The notes beneath the pieces were generated by a model. The model saw only the letters and a program-made list of their open reading frames with translations. It ran no database searches and had not been told where the DNA came from. Below, in pieces: positions 1 through 10,297 of a stretch of 33,372 bases of DNA; the stretch's first letter is position 1, and each line of letters opens with the position of its first letter. A program made the position numbers and the translations under genes. Source of the stretch: Bacteroidales bacterium (GTDB lineage Bacteria > Bacteroidota > Bacteroidia > Bacteroidales > SM23-62); the NCBI GenBank assembly GCA_036480555.1, contig JAZGGT010000623.1:1-33372 (forward strand), in the 5' to 3' direction.

Positions 1-1035
1 GATACTGCAAGCCCATCCTCCAGTTATGAACTATTCTTTCTCGCCGCAGATCATGCAAGTCCGCCGAATACTATGGATACCGCTGTTATGCTGCAGATCC
101 GTACAGCAGGTGACGCAAAACTCAGGCTGGACAGTCCCATGACAAGAGATACCATTTATGTAGGGGATAGTGTTAGGATTGCATGGACATCGGCAGATAT
201 TGACAGTATCGGTATCTCCATGTTTTATTTTAAATCAGGGGACTGGACCGCCATTTCAGATGGAGGGATCCCGGCCGGTGACAGTACCTGGAAATTTCTT
301 GTTCCGGTTGATGTGGGACTCGATTCCATGATGCTGAGAATAGCAGGCACGCGGGACAGCAGCCAGCATACTGAAAGCGGGGTGATCTGCCTGGTGGATA
401 CGATCATTCCAAAGGTTATGGGATTGTTCCCGTCAAACCACGCTTCGGAGATCCCCCTGCTTCCCACCCTGAAGATGACATTTGATGAGCGGGTTTATCC
501 GGGGACCGGCACCATGGGTGTTCATGGAGAATACGGGGGAATGATTGAAAATATAGATGTTTCAGGGGATCAAATGAAGTATGATAGTGCGAGCTATTCT
601 GTCCAGATCACGCTCTCATCAACCCTGCCCTTCTCGGGCCATTATCATATCCTGGTTGATCCGGGTGCATTCATGGATTACCAGGGTAACCTGTTTGGCG
701 GGTTTTCTGCTGATACGAACTGGGTCTTTACCACCACAAACCCAACAGGGGAAAGGGGTCACATGGCATGCTGGGAAAATCCGGCCGAGAACAGGATCAG
801 GATCTATCCAAACCCGGCAGAAGAAAGGATTACCCTGGAATGATATGGAAACATGCCAACAAACCTGGAGGTGGAGATCATTGGAATGAAAGGCCTGTCA
901 GTCTACAGGAATAAGTACCGTTCCATTGTGAAGCTTCAGGAAATGATTGATCTACAGCATCTGAGCGATGGCATATATATGCTAAAGATCCGGACCGGGG
1001 AGGGCATATCTGTAACCTGGCTGGTAGTTCAATAA
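1..1035 (+). pseudogene. Cell-surface protein with SbsA/Big_5-like Ig domain and T9SS type-A C-terminal sorting domain. The 5' end lies outside the window and the frame is interrupted by one in-frame TGA at 841..843.
   Basis: Frame 1 is open from base 1. ORFs 73..843 and 853..1035 are in the same frame and are separated only by TGA-TAT-GGA-AAC. The joined sequence IRIYPNPAEERITLE*YGNMPTNLEVEIIGMKGLSVY...LSDGIYMLKIRTGEGISVTWLVVQ matches the Por_Secre_tail pattern (YPNP ... G ... L..G.Y.L.I ... K/W-L-V). The upstream part PKVMGLFPSN...LKMTFDERV...ILVDPGAFMDYQGN...WVFTT resembles a Big_5/SbsA Ig-like domain. Confidence 0.6.
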
Positions 1036-1128
1036 ATCAAAACCGGGGCTTTGCTAACATGACAATTGGCAGTTTTTATGTCTGAAAATCTTGCTTTATT
1101 GTGGGTATAAATCCTAAAAGCTGAAATC

Positions 1129-4100
1129 ATGTTAAACAAACAATTCAGGATCGTCAGGCACCTGGCCTGCTTACTTGTAATGTTGGTGGTCCTGGCACCA
1201 ACGGTTGATGCACAAAAGAAAAAGAAGAATGATGAGGATGATGCAGGCGATTCGCTCAAGAGCAGTACTTTTGCCGGACTGAAATGGAGAAGTATCGGTC
1301 CCGCGATGGCCTCCGGACGGATTGCTGATTTTGCGGTGAATCCCCGCAACCCGAAAGAATATTACGCTGCCGTGGCAAGCGGGCATGTATGGAAGACCCA
1401 AAATGCCGGGATTAGCTGGAAACCGGTTTTTGATAATTATGGCAGCTACTCCATTGGTGTGGTAACCATGGATCCCAATAACCATAATGTTGTCTGGGTG
1501 GGAACGGGTGAAAACAATCACCAGCGTGCCCTGGGTTACGGGAATGGTGTTTTCAAATCAATGGATGGCGGCAAATCATTCAAGAATATGGGATTGAAGG
1601 AATCAAGGCAGGTAGGCGGGATCGTGATTGATCCAAGGTGTTCCGACATTGTGTTTGTGGCAGCCGAGGGATCCTTGTGGGGACCCGGAGGGGACCGTGG
1701 CCTTTATAAAACCACGGATGGCGGTGAAAACTGGAATAAGGTGATTGATATCAGTGAAAACACGGGCATAAACAATGTGGTCATTGACCCTGCCCGTCCG
1801 GATATCATGTATGCCACTGCAGAACAGCGACGCAGGCATGTACATACAAAGATTGGTGGTGGACCCGAATCAGCTGTTTATAAGTCCACCGACGGAGGCG
1901 AGACCTGGAGAAAGATCATGAAAGGTCTCCCCGAGGTGCACATTGGAGGTATGGGTATTGATGTTTCTCCTGCCGATCCGGATGTGGTATATCTCATTGT
2001 TGAGGCAGCAGAAGGGAAGGGCGGATTTTTCAAATCCACCAACCGTGGTGAGTCATGGGACAGGATGAGCGACCATCACAGCAGCGGGCAATACTACAAC
2101 GAGATCATATGTGACCCGGTAAATGTCCATGTTGTATACTCAACCGAGACACGTAGCCATGTGACGCGTGATGGTGGAAAGACCTTTACCACCCTGGGAC
2201 TCGATGGCCGCCATGTGGATGACCATGCCCTCTGGATAAATCCCTCAGATACGGAACACCTGCTGATTGGCGGTGACGGCGGTATCTATGAATCATTTGA
2301 TGGCGGGGATAAATGGGATTTCAAAGCTAATCTGCCGGTGACCCAGTTCTACCGGGTAATGGTGGACAATGATTATCCGTTTTATAATGTTTATGGCGGG
2401 ACACAGGACAATAATACCCTCGGTGGACCGGCACAGAATACAAGCACATTCGGTGTAACAAATGAGGACTGGAAAGCCATCAAGGGCGGCGATGGTTTTT
2501 GGATAGCTGTGGACCCGGAGAACCCGGATATCATTTATTGTGAATCGCAATATGGCAACGTGTCCCGTTACGATAGAAAAAGCGGTGAAAGTATTAGTAT
2601 AAAACCAAGTCCCGGTAAAGGGGAAGACACCTACAAATGGAACTGGGACACACCCCTGATCATCAGTCCCCATTCAAACACCCGCCTCTACATTGCGGCA
2701 AACAAGATCTTACGCAGCGATGACCGGGGGAATACCTGGCAGGTGATCAGCGAAGACATCACTGCACAGATCGACCGCAACACCTGGCCGGTTATGGGAC
2801 AATACTGGAGTATTGACGCAGTGTCGAAGGATGTTTCTACCTCCCTTTTCGGGATGGCTGTTTCCCTGGTTGAGTCGCCTGTAAAAGAAGACCTGCTTTT
2901 TGTGGGTACAGATGATGGTGTCATCTCCATCACAGAAGATGCAGGAAAAACCTGGTCGCAGGTAAAATCCTTCCCCGGTGTCCCTGCCAACAGCTATGTC
3001 AGTGATATCCTGGCCGACAAATTTGATGACAATGTGGTTTATGCCACTTTCAACAATCACAAGCGTGATGATTTTAAACCTTATGTACTGAAGAGTTCCG
3101 ATAAGGGGAAAACATGGACCCCCATCAGCAAAGGCCTGCCTGAGAATGGGAGTACGTGGACCATTGAACAGGATTTTGTGAACCCGGACCTGCTGTTCCT
3201 GGGAACGGAATTTTCAGCTTTCTTTTCCATTGACGGCGGACAGGAATGGGTGAAGCTCAGTTCAGGATTGCCGGATATAGCAGTGCGGGACCTGGTGATA
3301 CAGGAGCGTGAAAACGACCTGGTAATGGCAACTTTCGGTCGTGGCTTCTACATTCTGGATGATTATACACCGCTTCGCGGATTCAAAAAAGAGATCCTCG
3401 GGAAGGATGCACATATTTTCCCGGTATCAGATGCCATGATGTATGTTCAAACCGGGGGGAAATACGGACAGGGTTCGAATTTCTTTGCCTCCGAGAATCC
3501 GCCATATGGTGCCACTTTCAATTACTACCTTAAGCAGGTCCCCAAAACACTGAAAGAAATACGTCACAAGAAAGAAAAAGAGTTATTTAAGGAGAAGCAG
3601 TCCATCCCCCAGCCTGGTGTGGATGAGCTCAGGGCCGAGGAACAGGAAATGGCCCCCTACCTTGTTTTCAGTATAAAGGATGCATCAGGTAGAGAGATCA
3701 TGAAGCTTACAAAAAAAGCCGGCAAAGGTATCAACCGCATGACCTGGAATCTGAAATACCCCTCCCTCAGGCCGGTTAGCAACCGGACTGAAAAATTCAC
3801 ACCTGTGGCAGCTTCCAGCGGCACTGGCCGCAGAGGTGGTGGTGGCAGCATGATCCCTGCAATGCCGGGCACATATACTGTCTCACTCTCCATGGTTACA
3901 CGTAAGGGTGTGAGGGAACTGGCAGTACCGGCTGAATTTAAAGCTGAAGCATTAGGGATCTCAACACTTCCAGCCGAAAACATGGCAGAACTCCTTGAAT
4001 TCCAGTCCGCCGTTTCAGCCCTGGCATCTACCATGAGTGCGGCAGAAAATTTCGCAGCCGACCTTCAGAAAAAAGTGGTGCTCATCAGGCAGACCCTGCA

Positions 4101-4452
4101 TAATACACCGGGTACACCTGAGGAATTAAAGGAAAAAGCATCGGATATCAATCAGCAACTTGAAGATGTGATTTTTATCTTTGAAGGCCCGCAGGCCAGA
4201 GCCAGCCGTGAGGAGATCCCTCCCTACCCCATGCCGCTGAACAGAAGATTGGGAGCCCTGGTCTATGCTCATTATTCCTCGACTTCAGAGGTAACAAAGA
4301 CTGAGAAGGATAATTATGAGATCCTGAAGGATGAATTACAACCCGTTCTCGAGAAGCTGAGCAGTGTATACCAGGAAATCAAGGCCCTGAATGATGAACT
4401 TGACGATATAGGGGCACCGTGGACACCGGGCAGGATCCCGGCATGGAAATAA
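1129..4452 (+). CDS. Secreted BNR/Asp-box repeat protein (sortilin/VPS10-like, often annotated as glycosyl hydrolase BNR repeat protein)
   Basis: 1107-aa ORF with N-terminal signal peptide (LACLLVMLVVLAPTVDAQ). It has ten Asp-box motifs: SMDGGKSF, TTDGGENW, STDGGETW, STNRGESW, TRDGGKTF, SFDGGDKW, SDDRGNTW, TEDAGKTW, SSDKGKTW, SIDGGQEW. Confidence 0.85.
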   Translation: MLNKQFRIVRHLACLLVMLVVLAPTVDAQKKKKNDEDDAGDSLKSSTFAGLKWRSIGPAMASGRIADFAVNPRNPKEYYAAVASGHVWKTQNAGISWKPVFDNYGSYSIGVVTMDPNNHNVVWVGTGENNHQRALGYGNGVFKSMDGGKSFKNMGLKESRQVGGIVIDPRCSDIVFVAAEGSLWGPGGDRGLYKTTDGGENWNKVIDISENTGINNVVIDPARPDIMYATAEQRRRHVHTKIGGGPESAVYKSTDGGETWRKIMKGLPEVHIGGMGIDVSPADPDVVYLIVEAAEGKGGFFKSTNRGESWDRMSDHHSSGQYYNEIICDPVNVHVVYSTETRSHVTRDGGKTFTTLGLDGRHVDDHALWINPSDTEHLLIGGDGGIYESFDGGDKWDFKANLPVTQFYRVMVDNDYPFYNVYGGTQDNNTLGGPAQNTSTFGVTNEDWKAIKGGDGFWIAVDPENPDIIYCESQYGNVSRYDRKSGESISIKPSPGKGEDTYKWNWDTPLIISPHSNTRLYIAANKILRSDDRGNTWQVISEDITAQIDRNTWPVMGQYWSIDAVSKDVSTSLFGMAVSLVESPVKEDLLFVGTDDGVISITEDAGKTWSQVKSFPGVPANSYVSDILADKFDDNVVYATFNNHKRDDFKPYVLKSSDKGKTWTPISKGLPENGSTWTIEQDFVNPDLLFLGTEFSAFFSIDGGQEWVKLSSGLPDIAVRDLVIQERENDLVMATFGRGFYILDDYTPLRGFKKEILGKDAHIFPVSDAMMYVQTGGKYGQGSNFFASENPPYGATFNYYLKQVPKTLKEIRHKKEKELFKEKQSIPQPGVDELRAEEQEMAPYLVFSIKDASGREIMKLTKKAGKGINRMTWNLKYPSLRPVSNRTEKFTPVAASSGTGRRGGGGSMIPAMPGTYTVSLSMVTRKGVRELAVPAEFKAEALGISTLPAENMAELLEFQSAVSALASTMSAAENFAADLQKKVVLIRQTLHNTPGTPEELKEKASDINQQLEDVIFIFEGPQARASREEIPPYPMPLNRRLGALVYAHYSSTSEVTKTEKDNYEILKDELQPVLEKLSSVYQEIKALNDELDDIGAPWTPGRIPAWK

Positions 4453-4514
4453 TGCAGCGGTAACTAAATATATAGTCAAAAAAGTAAGGATTAACAGACT
4501 GTCCGGAATTTGTC

Positions 4515-4538
4515 ATCCGGATGTCATGACATCCGGAT
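4515..4538. repeat. 24-nt perfect palindrome ATCCGGATGTCATGACATCCGGAT. It could be a terminator-like hairpin or a protein-binding site.
   Basis: Read directly; it is its own reverse complement. It lies about 60 nt after the stop of the BNR gene, and a third TCCGGA copy sits at 4503..4508. No T-tract follows. Confidence 0.4.
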
Positions 4539-4727
4539 AGCTTCCTCTAAATGAAACTGTTAACAACTTCCTGGAATTCAATTATAAAAAAATTGTATTT
4601 TTATCCCCTCACATTGTGAGATTGATTTCTATGAATATTGAAACATGCGAGGGATTTATTCGTTATACAGGTTATAATCAAATGAAACCCACCGCAGGTT
4701 TCAGGATTTGAATTAACATTGAAACAG

Positions 4728-4853
4728 ATGAAAAAGGCAAAAGTTGTATTGGTTCTTGTAGTTATTGCACTGGCAATCGCTTCTTTCTCGTGTAACAGGA
4801 AACTCTGTCCTGCTTACGCCAAGGCTGATACAGAACAACCGCAAAGAGGTTAA
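4728..4853 (+). CDS. Small predicted lipoprotein (41 aa), below the ORF-track size cutoff
   Basis: ATG at 4728 to TAA at 4851..4853 translates to MKKAKVVLVLVVIALAIASFSCNRKLCPAYAKADTEQPQRG. It has a basic N-terminus, a hydrophobic core and the lipobox-like sequence SFS-C. The antisense 99-aa track ORF 4713..5012 has no recognisable features. Confidence 0.4.
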   Translation: MKKAKVVLVLVVIALAIASFSCNRKLCPAYAKADTEQPQRG

Positions 4854-4935
4854 TATAACATTTCCTGCTCTTAATAAATCATACTCAGCAGAGCAGGTAA
4901 TGTAAGCTGGTTGAATTTCCTTATATTTACACCAC

Positions 4936-4968
4936 GGGACATATGGATCAATCTGATGTCCCTTTGTT
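4936..4968 (+). terminator. Candidate hairpin terminator after the small lipoprotein ORF
   Basis: GGGACAT (4936..4942) pairs with ATGTCCC (4956..4962) around a 13-nt loop, followed by TTTGTT. The stem is weak and the T-tract is interrupted. Confidence 0.25.
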
Positions 4969-5044
4969 ATAAAATATAGTCCGGTCTCAATTCCCCTGAC
5001 AACAATTTCCATTTACGGGCGTTATTCTATCCATAGAGGAGAAA

Positions 5045-5818
5045 ATGAAAAAATGGATTCTGGGCATATGGCTTTTTCATCTTATCGGAGGTTTCCTCTT
5101 CGCCCAAGGTGAGATAAAGGGTCAGGCAAGGATCTTTTACAGGAATGAGAAATCATTCGGTATCAGCCTGAATTCTAACGGGATAGGTGTCAGCGGGCGG
5201 TATGCCAAACGGATCAATGCCAGGAACAAGACCCTCTGGGAGATTGACGGGGCAAATATCAAGCATCCCAAGGAAATCAAGATCAGCAATTCTTATTATA
5301 ACAACCGGAGCTTTGTTTTCGGAAAGCAGAATTTGTTCCTTAATCTTCGAGGAGGCTGGGGGAAGCAACATGAGATGTTCCGCAAAGTCGACCGTGGCGG
5401 GATATCCATCCGCAGGTACTTCACTGTCGGTCCCGTTATAGGATTTCTCAAACCCATCTACTACGAAGTTTTCAAGGCCGGAGGGGGTATAAACGACTAT
5501 TATATTTCCGAGGAAAAATTTGATCCTTCTATCCACTCGGGGTATATTTACGGCAGGGCCTCATTCTTCAAGGGGATCAGCGAAACCCAGATCACTCCGG
5601 GTATCTATGGCAGGTTTGGAATCTCATTTGAATACAGCAAAAGTGACATCACCATACATGCCATTGAAACGGGTGTCAGCCTTGATCTGTTCCCCCGGGA
5701 AATGGTGATCATGGCTACCGAACAGAACAATTTCTACTTCCTCACACTCTTCGTTTCCTACCGCTTTGGCAAAGTTGTAGACGCCAAGGGGATCGTTGAC
5801 GAAGGTGATCTGTACTAG
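5045..5818 (+). CDS. Hypothetical secreted protein, possibly an outer-membrane beta-barrel
   Basis: 257-aa ORF with signal peptide MKKWILGIWLFHLIGGFLFAQ. It has alternating hydrophobic/polar stretches rich in G, Y, F and R and a C-proximal FVSYRFG. I do not recognise a named family. Confidence 0.6.
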   Translation: MKKWILGIWLFHLIGGFLFAQGEIKGQARIFYRNEKSFGISLNSNGIGVSGRYAKRINARNKTLWEIDGANIKHPKEIKISNSYYNNRSFVFGKQNLFLNLRGGWGKQHEMFRKVDRGGISIRRYFTVGPVIGFLKPIYYEVFKAGGGINDYYISEEKFDPSIHSGYIYGRASFFKGISETQITPGIYGRFGISFEYSKSDITIHAIETGVSLDLFPREMVIMATEQNNFYFLTLFVSYRFGKVVDAKGIVDEGDLY

Positions 5819-5887
5819 ATCCTGACCAAACTAAAAAATTTCTTATTTTCTTCACATTCAGGTATTGAAGAATTCCACTTTAATATG

Positions 5888-5895
5888 TAAGTTTG
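5888..5895 (+). promoter_or_regulatory. Bacteroidota-type -7 promoter box (TAnnTTTG) for gap
   Basis: TAAGTTTG lies 40 nt upstream of the gap ATG. An ATTG about 20 nt upstream is a possible -33 element. Confidence 0.5.
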
Positions 5896-5910
5896 CATCT
5901 CGAAAAATAA

Positions 5911-6942
<1,032 letters not shown>

Positions 6943-6965
6943 AGGAGGTCCATCATATACAAGAT

Positions 6966-7000
6966 GCCGCATCGATTCAGTTTGATGCGGCTTTTTTTTT
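6966..7000 (+). terminator. Rho-independent terminator of gap
   Basis: GCCGCATC (6966..6973) pairs with GATGCGGC (6984..6991), followed by a run of 9 T (6992..7000). Confidence 0.85.
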
Positions 7001-7041
7001 GTAAATTGGATTAACTAATTTTCGTGATAGAAAAATACAAC

Positions 7042-8460
7042 ATGAAAAATGTTCTCATCCTTACTTTTCCCGTTTATTTACTTCTTTCAATACTTTTTTG
7101 TTTTCCGGTTTTCAGCTTACAAGCCAGTATTTCTGATGATCCATGGGAAGAGGTCAATGAAATACTTGCCAGGATTGTAGCGCCCAAATTTCCAGATAAA
7201 GATTTCATAGTTACAGATTTCGGCGCAATACCGGATGGCCATACTGATTGTCGCACCAGCATTATGGATGCAATAACAGCTTGTCATAAAGCAGGAGGAG
7301 GCCGGGTTATTATTCCTGCCGGTGATTATTTAATCGAGGGCCCCCTCCTCTTAAAAAGCAATGTTAATTTCCATCTGCAGGAAGGAGCCTATCTTAAATT
7401 TGGTATCAATCCGGATGATTATTTAACAGGAAGTCCTGAATTTAATGGTTGTGTACAGGTACGATGGGAAGGATTATGGTGTTATAATTATTCCCCGGTT
7501 ATTTATGCATGGAAAGAAAAAAATATCGCGATAACAGGCAAAGGCACTATAGACGGGCAAACAGATAAGTTCTGGGCACAATGGTATATAAAAAAATTGC
7601 ATCAGCCAGATCGTCTGAGCTTACGGAAAATGGGAATGGATATGGTGCCTGTCGAAAAAAGAATTTTTGGTGCCGGCCATCATCTGGCACCAGGAACCAT
7701 TGAATTATATCATTGTCAGAATGTGTTGATCGAGGGGATAACCACAAAAATGCCTCTGGAAAGAACTATTCATCCCACTTTTTGTGATAATGTGATCGTT
7801 CGAAATGTACATATTCAGGCAGGCGTACTGAAAGCGCGCAATGATGACGGTATCGATCCTGATTCCAGTTCCGATGTGCTTATTGAAGGGTGCACATTTT
7901 ATAATTATGATGATGGCATTGCCCTAAAATCAGGGCGAGCCAAAGAAGGCTGGCCTGAAAACGGAGGACGCCCTACAGAAAATGTCATTATTCGCAACAA
8001 TATCTTCCATGGAGAGCATAACGGCGTATCCATTGGTAGCGATATGTCAGGGGGCGTGAGAAATATTTTTGTATATGATTGCCAGTTTGGAATTGATTTT
8101 CAGCAACAATATGTATTTAACGCCAAGTCAAACAGTGATCGTGGTGGCATCATTGAAAATATTTATTTCAAAGATATAACCGTAGGATCATGCAAACAGC
8201 TCATCAGAATGGAGATGGAATACAAGGGTGTGCCATACGACTCCGTTGAGCATCCCTTCCCTCCGATCTACCGGCAAATGCATTTTGAAAACATCAATTG
8301 CGGTAATGTCAGTGAAACAGCCATTAGTATCGTTGGACTGGAACAGCAGTTTATTGAGGATATCTATTTGAATAATGTCAGTATTAAGGGTTCAAAAATT
8401 GATTTTAACCTGAAATTTGTAAAAAGCATTTATTTAGATGATGTCGTCCTGAATAAATAA
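7042..8460 (+). CDS. Glycoside hydrolase family 28 (polygalacturonase-like, right-handed beta-helix)
   Basis: Motifs NDDGIDPDSS, YDDGIALKSG and HNGVSIGS parallel the GH28 NTDGxD / GDDCxA / GHGxSIGS blocks. The N-terminus has a pectate-lyase-3-like DFGAIPDGHTDCRTSIMDAITACHKAGGGRVIIPAGDY. The track ORF starts at GTG 7024; ATG 7042 (MKNVLILTFPVYLLL, a signal peptide) is the more likely start. Confidence 0.85.
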   Translation: MKNVLILTFPVYLLLSILFCFPVFSLQASISDDPWEEVNEILARIVAPKFPDKDFIVTDFGAIPDGHTDCRTSIMDAITACHKAGGGRVIIPAGDYLIEGPLLLKSNVNFHLQEGAYLKFGINPDDYLTGSPEFNGCVQVRWEGLWCYNYSPVIYAWKEKNIAITGKGTIDGQTDKFWAQWYIKKLHQPDRLSLRKMGMDMVPVEKRIFGAGHHLAPGTIELYHCQNVLIEGITTKMPLERTIHPTFCDNVIVRNVHIQAGVLKARNDDGIDPDSSSDVLIEGCTFYNYDDGIALKSGRAKEGWPENGGRPTENVIIRNNIFHGEHNGVSIGSDMSGGVRNIFVYDCQFGIDFQQQYVFNAKSNSDRGGIIENIYFKDITVGSCKQLIRMEMEYKGVPYDSVEHPFPPIYRQMHFENINCGNVSETAISIVGLEQQFIEDIYLNNVSIKGSKIDFNLKFVKSIYLDDVVLNK

Positions 8461-8503
8461 ACGCAATTAAAATTAGCTATCTATTCACTTAAACCTGCTT
8501 CCA

Positions 8504-10129
8504 ATGAGATTTTTTATTGCATCAGTATGTTTCCTTTTAATTTCTGTATCATGTTCTTCAGATAAGTCATACAAGATCTCCCTGACGCTTGAGGAAGAAG
8601 AGCGGTGGTGGATCGGTGTGATAACTGATTCTCATCTTTTCCCTCTGAATGAGAATTCGGCGTATGCATTTGACTTTTATGGTGATACCAAGGGAAACCA
8701 GGGACAGCCTTTATTAATTTCAAACAAAGGAAGATACATCTGGAACGAAGAACCATTTAACTTCCGGTTTGAAAATGGAGAATTGACAGCCGAATGTAAA
8801 CTGGCTGAATTTCAATCAGGGAAATCAGGTACTACATTAAAGGAGGCATACCTGCATTGCAGCCAGCACTTCTTTCCACCATCTGGTGATATCCCGGCCG
8901 AGGAATTATTCACCTTGCCACAATTTAATACCTGGATTGAATTTACCTATTATCAAAACCAGAAGGGGATACTTGAGTATGCCAATGGAATAGTGGAAAA
9001 TGGATTCGATCCGGGTGTCCTGATGATTGATGAAGGATGGTTCAAGACTTACGGCCACTGGGATTTTGACGGGGAACGTTTTCCGGACCCAAAAGCCATG
9101 ATGAAAGAATTGAAGAAATTAGGGTTCAAAGTGATCCTCTGGGTTTGTCCATATTATTCACCAAATGGCGTTTTCTGGACAGAACAATTGTTGGATTACT
9201 CTAGTAAAGGCGATACCATCTGGATAGTGAATGCTGAAAGCCCTGGCTTCCCGGCCATCATGCAATGGTGGGATGGATTCAGCAATGTAATTGATCTTTC
9301 CAATCCTAAGGGGTACAGATGGTTCAAAACGCAACTGGATTTCCTTATAGACGAATATGGAGTGGACGGATTTAAATTCGACGGAGGTGATGCCATCCAT
9401 TATTCAGATAGCCGTTTCCTTTCGAAAACCAGGTCTTACAAGCAGGATATCAGCCCGAATGAACATTCAGAATTATTTGTGAGACTGGGACTGGAATATC
9501 CTTTCAATGAGTACAGGGCTTCCTGGAAAATGGGCGGACAGGCCATCGCCATGCGGCTGAGAGACAAAGAGCATCATTGGAAGGACCTTGCCAAGCTGGT
9601 ACCCGGGAGCATTAACCAGGGTTTGATGGGATACCCATATACCTGTCCGGACCTGATAGGTGGAGGAGAATATCTTTCATTTAGCAACCTGGAAACCATA
9701 GACCAGGAACTAATCGTCAGGGCAGCCCAATGCCATGCCCTGATGCCCATGATGCAATTCTCGGTAGCCCCCTGGCGGGTTTTGAGCAAAGAAAACCTTG
9801 AGATCTGTGTTGAAATGGCAAGCCTGCATGTCCGGCTGGGTGAGGAAATCATTGACCTGGCAGAAGAAGCTGCCAGAACGGGGGAACCCATCATCAGGTC
9901 CATGGAGTATGCCTTTCCTGGAAACCATTATGCCGATATCACAGATCAGTTCCTGCTGGGTGATCAAATCCTCGTAGCGCCGGTAACCGAAAAGAATGCT
10001 GTGAGAAGGGAGATAGTGTTCCCGGAAGGAAAATGGAAAGGTGATGATGGATCTGTGGTGGAAGGCCCGGTCACACTTGAAATAGCCGCCGCCCTCGAAA
10101 GATTGCCCTGGTACCGCAAAATTGACTAA
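8504..10129 (+). CDS. Glycoside hydrolase family 31-like TIM-barrel enzyme, lipoprotein signal
   Basis: 541 aa. The pattern LMIDEGWF...WDFDGERFPDPKAMMKELKKLGFKVILWVCPY and GVDGFKFDGGD resembles the GH31 W-x-FD..FPDP block and the YicI-type nucleophile block GVDxFKTDFGE. The N-terminus FLLISVSC is a lipobox. Substrate is unknown. Confidence 0.7.
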   Translation: MRFFIASVCFLLISVSCSSDKSYKISLTLEEEERWWIGVITDSHLFPLNENSAYAFDFYGDTKGNQGQPLLISNKGRYIWNEEPFNFRFENGELTAECKLAEFQSGKSGTTLKEAYLHCSQHFFPPSGDIPAEELFTLPQFNTWIEFTYYQNQKGILEYANGIVENGFDPGVLMIDEGWFKTYGHWDFDGERFPDPKAMMKELKKLGFKVILWVCPYYSPNGVFWTEQLLDYSSKGDTIWIVNAESPGFPAIMQWWDGFSNVIDLSNPKGYRWFKTQLDFLIDEYGVDGFKFDGGDAIHYSDSRFLSKTRSYKQDISPNEHSELFVRLGLEYPFNEYRASWKMGGQAIAMRLRDKEHHWKDLAKLVPGSINQGLMGYPYTCPDLIGGGEYLSFSNLETIDQELIVRAAQCHALMPMMQFSVAPWRVLSKENLEICVEMASLHVRLGEEIIDLAEEAARTGEPIIRSMEYAFPGNHYADITDQFLLGDQILVAPVTEKNAVRREIVFPEGKWKGDDGSVVEGPVTLEIAAALERLPWYRKID

Positions 10130-10297
10130 AAAACCACCCTGGATCTGTAACTGGTATTCATTAAAACATCATTCTGTCTTTGTGAGGGTATTAAATTAGT
10201 CGCCTATATTTTGTGGTTAATGCAACAAAATGCAGTGCCGTTTCAATATCCTCGGAAAGTTTCTTTGAATTGTTTTAATGATTACCCGTTACAGCCT

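Noticed and set aside
841-843. The in-frame TGA might reflect genome-wide TGA reassignment or selenocysteine
   Set aside because: TGA ends other well-supported genes at family-typical C-termini, including the CCC-motif protein at 15053..15055, hddC-gmhB at 19201..19203 and GT4 at 22031..22033. I could find no stable SECIS-like hairpin immediately 3' of the TGA. A local nonsense mutation or a sequencing error is more likely.
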